The notes beneath the pieces were generated by a model. It had not been told where the DNA came from, did not search any database, and saw nothing but the letters and a program-made list of their open reading frames with translations. A stretch of DNA of 64,000 bases from Candidatus Iainarchaeum sp. (GTDB lineage: Archaea > Iainarchaeota > Iainarchaeia > Iainarchaeales > JAAZKV01), in NCBI GenBank assembly GCA_026397015.1, contig JAPLVR010000003.1, forward strand, positions 64,001-128,000, given 5' to 3'. Both the position numbers and the translations under genes were made by a program. This document shows, piece after piece, positions 59,101 to 64,000 of the stretch. Numbering within the stretch: the stretch's first letter is position 1; each line of letters starts with the position of its first letter.

Positions 59101-61330
59101 ATTGAGTGCCTCAATCGGCCTTGCGGAAATAAGGGAGTTAACATTTACGAACACAGGAAAAGTTGTGCAGGATAACGAGTTCAAGAAAATAGAGGGACTG
59201 CTTAAAGTGAGCGGAATAGAAAACCTTTACAAAGAAAAATACGGTTACCAAAAATTGATGGAAAAATTGGAAGAGAGAAACGAAGCGGACGAGGACAATG
59301 AAGAAAGGGGCTGGCTTGACTCGGTATTCGGAAGCAAGTGGGATGCGGACATTTCTGACATGACAAAAGAGGACCTTGAAGTTACCGAGAACAGAAATTA
59401 TGAGAAACAGTTCCACCTTTTGTTTGATTCTTGGGAATACGTTGAATGCGGACCGAACACATACCCCTGCCCTGCACCTGTAATATCAAACTGCACAGTT
59501 GGAAGCAAAGCAGGCTCAACCGGCGATGGAGCTATCCCAAAAATAAAGCTTGAATGGGGCTGGGACAAGATAGGGGCGACTGAGTGTGACGGAACTTCGG
59601 AAGAGGATACGGATGCTTCAGGATACGTTTACTGCGACACGACACAATTCACAATCGCAACCCTGAAGAAACTGAAGGAGATAAAGGATTTCATCAGCAC
59701 AAGTAATATTACAAAATGCCCGAAGGCGATTGATGTTGCGGGAACAAAAACGCAGGAATTGAGCAGAACGGGGCTTGATGTTGGAATAACAATGATAAGG
59801 ATGAGCGAGGACGCGGACAAGGCGACGATAGAAGTAAAGGTTTCATCCAACAACCAGCAGACAATGAACGGAAAAGTAAAGATAATTGTCGGCGGAGATG
59901 CGAATGCGGACGCGAGCTGCGAAGAAACGAAAGAAATTTTGAGTGAAGCGTATTTCAAGTGCGACGTGAGCAAGGCGACACTCGGAACGGGAACTTTCCC
60001 TGTTAAGGCGACATTGATGCCTGCGCTTTGCAGCGGCTGCGAAAATAATGACACCTCAAATGACACTATTACGAGCCAGTTGATATTGGGTTCAACAGGT
60101 TTGGGAGAATGCCAGAGTTATGACACAAAGAAAGACAATTTTTCAAGAATACTGGCTGCAAATGGTTTGCTGGAAGGAGAAGGAGAGACAATACTTAATT
60201 ATGTTAATTTTACCGCAAGCATTGTGAAGGACGGTTTCAGCGACGATTTCAAGAAAGACTTCGATGAGACAAAGTTTTTGAACGCGCCGACATGGTTTGC
60301 CGATGACGGCCTTGAATCATTATTCCTGAGCAGTAAATTCAAAGTTAGCCCGCAAAGCTGGACAGCGGGAAAATACACCGCAACAATAGTTGTTACTTTC
60401 AACGAGAACAAATTTGAGTGGAAGAATGACAACAACAACATTAAGAGCGTCGAGATAAGGCTTGAGCCTTGGTCTGAACCGAAACCGGCTTCGGCATTGT
60501 ACGATTTCGCGTTTGACGGAACAATCGGATTGGACAGCGACAACGGAAGGCAGGGATACGGAAGCTCATACGAACAGACAAGCGAGCAGTCATTCATAAT
60601 CGGCGAAGAGGGGGGAAGCGCAATTTATGCGGAAACAAATCCGAGCAGCAACGCAATTTCAAACGTAACGGTTTCGGTGGACAATTCACCAAATGTATTT
60701 TACAATTTGAATGTTGGAAACAGGGGAAATGTGCTCACAATTTCAGGAGCCGGAGATAACATAGGTTTGGCAATGACGCCGAGCGTTCCCGTTCCGCTGA
60801 TACTAAATATCACCAGGGAAAACGGAAGCGATGCTTATGGTTTCTATAGTGTTCAGGTTGACGGACAGCCGCAGAACACGGGGCCTTACATGATGTACTG
60901 GAACGGAATAGGCGGGGGATGCGTTGACTTCACAGGAATGCCTATGAGCGAGTGGCAATCAACAGATTCGCCTGCGGACCAATCACCCGTAGGGGACAAG
61001 GGAATGGCGAATGCTTACGGCTTGGGCTGGGCAAATGTAACGGAAAAGGGAACTGCTTCCTTCTACGGAGTAATGTACGTTCCTCAGGGAAGAACTTCAA
61101 TAATAAGCGTTCAGGGCGGGGACAGCGCAAATATGGAAAGCCCCTACGGCAATGGAAACCAGATAAGCGTCACCGCCAGCGCGGGAATAAAAAGCCTGAA
61201 AGATGTGCTTGACATGGTGAAGCAGGAAAAAATCTGCGTGATAGGAACTGGGGATTACTTCTGGAACAACAAGCCTTTCCTTGACCCGATGGGAATTGAG
61301 GGCAAGGCGAGCGGCTGCATTTCTTCCTAA
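53159..61330 (+). CDS. Giant membrane-anchored surface protein 3 (~2720 aa)
   Basis: Intact ORF with the same N-terminal motif plus TM helix, Ig-like repeats, a coiled-coil insert and internal hydrophobic segments. Confidence 0.9.
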   Translation: MEIGEKLRDFYYAGEEKWYGFLDRLDEHIPIYKVIDPIDDVVPSFALFVVLAIILLLLLGLFLVGTVFTQNIATLKLMVSDEAGNAVEGATIILSGPVSLENTSNAYGLLPDVALPLNSTVKIVVSKEGVTTVKEIYISEMLMQEEIILPVKSISFEPKAIKLLTPTGSLATDQITLTFSCSNPEATPPEEVTTSTGIVNVNSPSDCGTLQATIKSDKYEAGPYSITSTILYLKELVVKGARVTVNLKYNGKLIAESVPVEAYRANNIYSPIDTERSYNGQAIFDLPEGGYYFQSKTTSIYKSGRSDTIQASADKVNSVEIELDKNIVGTIKVNVKKDGLVASGVYVSIRKGMSEVNNDETDSNGSVAFDVAEEGPYRVMASLDGYCTATATDVAVGATVDLVLVGSTGTCGSILIARVTDSEGRKVPYAKVVLFGENDAGVYKLGYAERVTDFNGEARWGTIPDSTENIRVFAYKSSYNGWSEARVFNSGNADIPFEVTLEIPYGTVNVSVKDRDGNPLQYATVTLYDDYSQGNVIGTRIVEDVTGVVSLKVKADKKVYAVVSKDSEEANDLGYETVTTVPKQVTGNGTITFDVVLPRPPQDKIKVDFLGLYKGDLKALKVEAAQEYDAIFAVTAPLDYDNLGLFVRVGKDNVTKTELDKLYIKDVEAPRIHTITKGSSYNPPKGGETDSQYLNLEESKWAQVTWAEGSYNPGKIMVKVKIKIRDGAQMGDDLVIAYRAFGVLSGSYNRDPLDDALGTAESSSAKSPLYAECSEELLKVGEESLCEVTDSGRTFCVTSNYIDAKENFIHYFDTSFDAKNNETYYLGVKVLNGSSRPQDIYEKAKTKFQNTEENVYMENYTLLTPTSINSNGSINGFEGEWIDTSNFEQGTSINLNSMTLKPQKSGTGTILMRIRDGNELIFEKPFVLNIAATEKLRIEFMVNGEFQAEMPKLLPGKDENITVKVFNAGTNLEVSGAIVKIFDRFGTKLSEKTTNTIGIATVILPAGMPGEKMKLVVEKGGYETLEFPFNISDEVVDVTPADLTFTLNPQTTPEESKTVKIENKTGIDLEIREIILTGKFKGLLDEARIASWFETMKGKIIKAQDYEEIDFKVIIAKVIPQADDLEGTFQIVVGSEEREWVKEVKAKIRVGVGNDVDDPNCLSLTATNWVASTEGKEIEFSFNIKNDCLVSGKLVPIRNLGARLETTGNNLGEFTVQSRATAVSLSKAYSRIFRPTVSEGETIPVTVKFAPYAGINGTTSGTITFEALNKTDSKDQKLVAALNFTINVVNLQECIVIGADLITVPVGGQQGFSIANNCPDKVDIQVQTDLQVSQDKFSIATGGSEEVVVSRTEGDVPGAYNILVYGRQKGMPLRLIGNVKAILEAEGCFQLSRYEYDVYDSPFNDKKGTADGIDRGFLKNVCTQKSVSVEISGTEPVNWKKILLDALIGGISGYTKGGIWGDNNNWPHKDNPDVSKNINDDFKELAGMRSTAATNLTQPIKQNFAEITTAKDNMITQLKSEETACNTRADASAKEYCISNCPAETAASALTDCQKEVGTQLQSFCEKTYDGAMKDIKKYYDPLAKVQSEGDKDFQKTVKAEATADATLKKDLQAKATKGVSNEEVEKAIKDRRDKIEKELNDKAKEITDEYNKQRQETVNGLKEVQQKLINLRDTGQEVSVNAPAGCKGSVTLYLAAENTAPKIAPSVKTSITIKMLTNIGIQGKNKIDNTVIPDNPVIFTKQTLSPNMKLNTSASDAKSATSTSKAYSSTSTSNAKSATTETKAYGGNPKGAEFILATSTGTINPVTTLANAASTVNSVTSATTSQPYNSFGGVGNPGFANNYYGSGTNQDVGSTSMCGGSSADRTSSFMDKAGGVITDWGIGLMGGNAIFGALLAGLFSWFQQSDQDVCYTKTFAVPLVEITDVALSAPDGKSGVKGISMSVGDPTFDYDSSVQPNTLGTGSQGGTSMGGAGYFYNPQTLSASIGLAEIRELTFTNTGKVVQDNEFKKIEGLLKVSGIENLYKEKYGYQKLMEKLEERNEADEDNEERGWLDSVFGSKWDADISDMTKEDLEVTENRNYEKQFHLLFDSWEYVECGPNTYPCPAPVISNCTVGSKAGSTGDGAIPKIKLEWGWDKIGATECDGTSEEDTDASGYVYCDTTQFTIATLKKLKEIKDFISTSNITKCPKAIDVAGTKTQELSRTGLDVGITMIRMSEDADKATIEVKVSSNNQQTMNGKVKIIVGGDANADASCEETKEILSEAYFKCDVSKATLGTGTFPVKATLMPALCSGCENNDTSNDTITSQLILGSTGLGECQSYDTKKDNFSRILAANGLLEGEGETILNYVNFTASIVKDGFSDDFKKDFDETKFLNAPTWFADDGLESLFLSSKFKVSPQSWTAGKYTATIVVTFNENKFEWKNDNNNIKSVEIRLEPWSEPKPASALYDFAFDGTIGLDSDNGRQGYGSSYEQTSEQSFIIGEEGGSAIYAETNPSSNAISNVTVSVDNSPNVFYNLNVGNRGNVLTISGAGDNIGLAMTPSVPVPLILNITRENGSDAYGFYSVQVDGQPQNTGPYMMYWNGIGGGCVDFTGMPMSEWQSTDSPADQSPVGDKGMANAYGLGWANVTEKGTASFYGVMYVPQGRTSIISVQGGDSANMESPYGNGNQISVTASAGIKSLKDVLDMVKQEKICVIGTGDYFWNNKPFLDPMGIEGKASGCISS
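58415..58522 (+). repeat. Four in-frame degenerate 27-bp repeats (ABAB, 54-bp period)
   Basis: They encode TSASDAKSA / TSTSKAYSS / TSTSNAKSA / TTETKAYGG. Confidence 0.85.
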
Positions 61331-61407
61331 CAAATATTGAAGGAAAGGCGAGCAAGTGCATTTCATCTTAACGAAATTTGGGGATTAAGGACAAAAAACT
61401 ATTTCTT

Positions 61408-61500
61408 GTGAATTACCGCACCCTAAAGGGTGCGGCTTCTGCTGGTTTAATCACAGAAGCCAGCAGGCTTCATCCGACGCCTGAAGGCGGCGGTTTTCGC
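61408..61500. mobile_element. Miniature non-autonomous IS200/IS605-like element (paired terminal hairpins, no ORF)
   Basis: GTGAATTA-CCGCACCCT-AA-AGGGTGCGG-CTTC ... CAT-CCGACGCCT-GA-AGGCGGCGG-TTTTC resembles IS605/IS1341 subterminal hairpins. Confidence 0.7.
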
Positions 61501-61521
61501 CAGCCTTTTACCAAAAGGCTG
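61501..61521. terminator. Perfect hairpin between convergent genes
   Basis: CAGCCTTTT-ACC-AAAAGGCTG. Confidence 0.45.
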
Positions 61522-61552
61522 ATAAATTATTTTGGTGTCACGGGCAAAAAAA

Positions 61553-61834
61553 TTATTTCTTGTAAATTTTGTCGTGATGGTCAAAATCGAGGAAAAGAAT
61601 AAACTTGTTCTGCTTGTTATAGCTGAAGGTCAAAACAAAGCTTTTGTCAATGTGCACCCTCTTTCTGTCGCTCAAATCATGCCTCAAATTCTTATAATGC
61701 TGTACCGTGAAGTCATCCGAATTAATTATCTGATTGATTTTTTTGTAAAGTATTTCAAGCCTCTTTTCATCCCTTCCCTTCAATTTTTTTATTTTTTCCT
61801 TTAGTTCGTCGGAGAATGCGAAAGAAAAGGGCAT
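61553..61834 (-). CDS. RelE/YafQ-family toxin (mRNA interferase)
   Basis: HYKNLRHDLSDRKRVHIDKSFVLTF...DFDHHDKIY. Confidence 0.85.
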   Translation of the reverse strand: MPFSFAFSDELKEKIKKLKGRDEKRLEILYKKINQIINSDDFTVQHYKNLRHDLSDRKRVHIDKSFVLTFSYNKQNKFILFLDFDHHDKIYKK

Positions 61835-61838
61835 TTTT

Positions 61839-62090
61839 TCACTTTCCAAAAAGCTTTTCCATTTCCGGACGGCTCATTTTTTTATAGCCGTGCTTTTCAA
61901 TATGCTTCTTTTCAATGTCCAAAATTTTTTTCACATAGGAATCATCGACTTCCTGCTCCAACTCGTTGCACCCGTACAATTCGATAAATTTGTTCAAAGC
62001 CCTGCTCTTGTCGTTTAACTCGTATTTTGCCTTGACAACGTTCAGTACCTTATTGGAATAAGGCTCTAAAACAACTCTCGCCACAGGCAT
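61839..62090 (-). CDS. DUF2683-family antitoxin
   Basis: YSNKVLNVVKAKYELNDKSRALNKFIE; directly upstream of the toxin. Confidence 0.8.
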   Translation of the reverse strand: MPVARVVLEPYSNKVLNVVKAKYELNDKSRALNKFIELYGCNELEQEVDDSYVKKILDIEKKHIEKHGYKKMSRPEMEKLFGK

Positions 62091-62101
62091 ATTACCACCA
62101 A

Positions 62102-62129
62102 ATGCACGCCAGATACACCTTGTGTGCAT
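62102..62129. promoter_or_regulatory. Inverted repeat, putative TA autoregulation operator
   Basis: ATGCAC...GTGCAT between the minus-strand TATA (CATTTTTAAC) and the antitoxin start. Confidence 0.45.
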
Positions 62130-62277
62130 AAAGTTAAAAATGTTATGATGGCTGCTTCAAATTCGCCGGAAGCGCATGCCGCAAAGCGCCCGCAAAAAAG
62201 AAGATTTAAATACTTCGAGACCCATTCTTCTAATAGTGCTTTAATATATCGCATCAAATAAGTTAAAGGTCTGGAAC

Positions 62278-64000
62278 ATGGGTATAACTGATTGGCTGCG
62301 CGAGGCTTATTATTCGACGGAAGACAGGTGGTACAACCTCGTTGATGCATTGCATATAAACGGAATAGTGGATGCCATTGACGGCGTTATTCCAAGCCTT
62401 ATCCTTATTCTCACGCTGCTGGCAATACTTATCCTGCTGGGCGCGTACATCCTGCTCCCGTCGATGGTTCCGCAATACACGGACATGAAATTTGTGGTAA
62501 AGGGAAGCGACGAGCTTATTGTTCAGGGAGTAAAAGTAAATTTAACTGCCGATAAGAAAAATTTAGTAGAAACCACAGACGCAAGCGGGGCGGTGATTTT
62601 CAAAAACATTGCTGTCGGCTCTCCAGTTTTAATCGACATAAACTCGGGCAAAGGAACTTTCAGGCAGGAATATACAGCTGAAAATAATTTTTTCAAAATA
62701 ATAATTCTTGAGAAGCCATTCATAGAACTTAAACCGATTAAAAGAAGGGTCACATTAAAAACCGCGCAGGGCTTGAGAATCGAGGAAGAAATCCCAGTTA
62801 TTTTCTACTGCCAAAATTCGGCTGCGCTGCCAAAGCCGACAAAAGTCGTTGATGATAATGACGGTTTGGTCGAAGTCGAAGAGCCGCTGAACTGCGGAAA
62901 ACTTTACATGAGAGTTATGAGCGAGTATTACGAACAGAAAGAATATTTGATTGACTCGCTTTTGAAGGAAGTTACGCTGAACGCGTATTCCGTTCCGTCA
63001 AAAAATCTTACTGTTCAGGTAAAAGCCGGAGGAAAACCTGTGAGCGGCACAACATTCACAATTACAGTTACGGGAAAAAGTGATTACCCTGCCGTGAAAA
63101 CAACAAATTCACAGGCGACGATAGCGGTAATTCCCGGAAGCTACACTGTCTCAGTTTCAGACCCTACGGGAAATTACGGGATTGTAACTCAAATATTTTC
63201 TGTTCTGGCAGACACAACAGTTTCGGTAGATGTTTCAAAAACGGTGAAAGCAAAATTGACAGTGAATGTATTGGACAACGGAACATCGGGATATATTTAC
63301 GGGGCAAACGTTTCGATAAAAAATTCGGCAGGGCAGGAGATTAATAGGAATGAAGATGTGAATGGAACTGTTTTGTTTGCGCTCACGGAAAAAGGGAATT
63401 ATACTGTGACGGCAAAGAAAGTGGGCGATATTGGGGCAGGGTATAGCGCAAAGTCCGTTGATTTAAACATTGAGGGAGACGCGAATATTGAAATTAGGCT
63501 GGATTTGATAACTGTTGCGAGCGCGGGCAGGGTAAGGGTAAGGGTGATAGATCAGGACAACCAGCCCGTCCAGGATGCCCAAATAAGGCTAAAATATGGC
63601 TCAAATGACAGCGTTGTCGAGTTAAATGAGCCAAAAAACTATGCTGTCAGCGATTTAAACGGTTACGCGTCCTTTTTGGCTGGAAAAGTAGAGGGAAAAG
63701 TTACCTCTTACGCCATAAAATATCCCTTTAGCGGCTCTTCCACGCCGCCAAAGGAAATACTGCTGGACCAGCTGAACGAGTTCACGGTAAAACTAAGCAT
63801 TGGGCCGACAACTGCAATAGTAAATGTAAAGGACATTTCGGGAAACCTTGTCAGCGGGGAAATTGAATTCTTCAACACAAGGGGAAATAGTGTCGGCGGA
63901 ATAGTTTCGCTTGAAAACGGGGTTGCGCAAAAACAAATAAAATCGGGGCAAAGCGTTTATGTTGTTGTAAGGGGGGAAGATGAAGCGGGAGAGGCATACG
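62278..64000 (+). CDS. Giant surface protein paralog 4 (3'-partial; absent from the ORF track because it has no stop)
   Basis: Manual translation gives MGITDWLREAYYSTEDRWYNLVDALHINGIVDAIDGVIPSLILILTLLAIL..., followed by beta-sandwich repeats. The frame appears open to the window end. Confidence 0.85.
   Translation, partial: MGITDWLREAYYSTEDRWYNLVDALHINGIVDAIDGVIPSLILILTLLAILILLGAYILLPSMVPQYTDMKFVVKGSDELIVQGVKVNLTADKKNLVETTDASGAVIFKNIAVGSPVLIDINSGKGTFRQEYTAENNFFKIIILEKPFIELKPIKRRVTLKTAQGLRIEEEIPVIFYCQNSAALPKPTKVVDDNDGLVEVEEPLNCGKLYMRVMSEYYEQKEYLIDSLLKEVTLNAYSVPSKNLTVQVKAGGKPVSGTTFTITVTGKSDYPAVKTTNSQATIAVIPGSYTVSVSDPTGNYGIVTQIFSVLADTTVSVDVSKTVKAKLTVNVLDNGTSGYIYGANVSIKNSAGQEINRNEDVNGTVLFALTEKGNYTVTAKKVGDIGAGYSAKSVDLNIEGDANIEIRLDLITVASAGRVRVRVIDQDNQPVQDAQIRLKYGSNDSVVELNEPKNYAVSDLNGYASFLAGKVEGKVTSYAIKYPFSGSSTPPKEILLDQLNEFTVKLSIGPTTAIVNVKDISGNLVSGEIEFFNTRGNSVGGIVSLENGVAQKQIKSGQSVYVVVRGEDEAGEAY

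Noticed and set aside
34219-61330. Numerous antisense ORFs within the giant genes
   Set aside because: They are shadow ORFs caused by codon bias and show no independent protein features.
61378-61804. Plus-strand ORFs 61378-61602 and 61532-61804
   Set aside because: They overlap the hairpin element and the antisense strand of the RelE toxin; their shared KKLFLVN only reflects the DNA repeat.
1-64000. CRISPR array, rRNA, integrase/prophage, reverse transcriptase/DGR
   Set aside because: I saw no regular repeat-spacer array, rRNA-like segment, recombinase, RT motif or TR/VR pair.

Overview
This window looks like chromosomal DNA from a DPANN archaeon, most like Diapherotrites/Iainarchaeota or Micrarchaeota. 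That assignment is inferred from archaeal BRE/TATA promoters, GGTGA-type RBS, a BHB-intron tRNA, a PAC2 chaperone, an archaeosortase and class III signal peptides. The left ~9 kb is mostly housekeeping: an Ig-like surface protein, geranylgeranyl reductase, a two-intron tRNA-Gln(CUG), uppS, a gingipain-like lipoprotein, rubrerythrin, Ogg, asparaginase and a frameshifted epimerase. The remaining ~55 kb is dominated by cell-surface machinery. It holds two type IV pilus-like systems (ATPase plus platform proteins; the second has eight pilin-like genes), a 1563-aa membrane-anchored protein, a frameshifted HD-GYP gene and an archaeosortase. It also holds a tandem array of four paralogous giant membrane-anchored proteins (2984, 2461 and 2726 aa, plus one missed by the ORF track and cut by the window end). 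These share an N-terminal motif I cannot assign to a known family. The array also contains a large pilin-like gene, two toxin-antitoxin modules and a miniature IS200/IS605-like element. The best candidate for an undescribed system is this giant-protein/pilus/sortase cluster, plausibly a host-attachment or host-penetration apparatus. All calls come from reading the sequence; no database searches were run.
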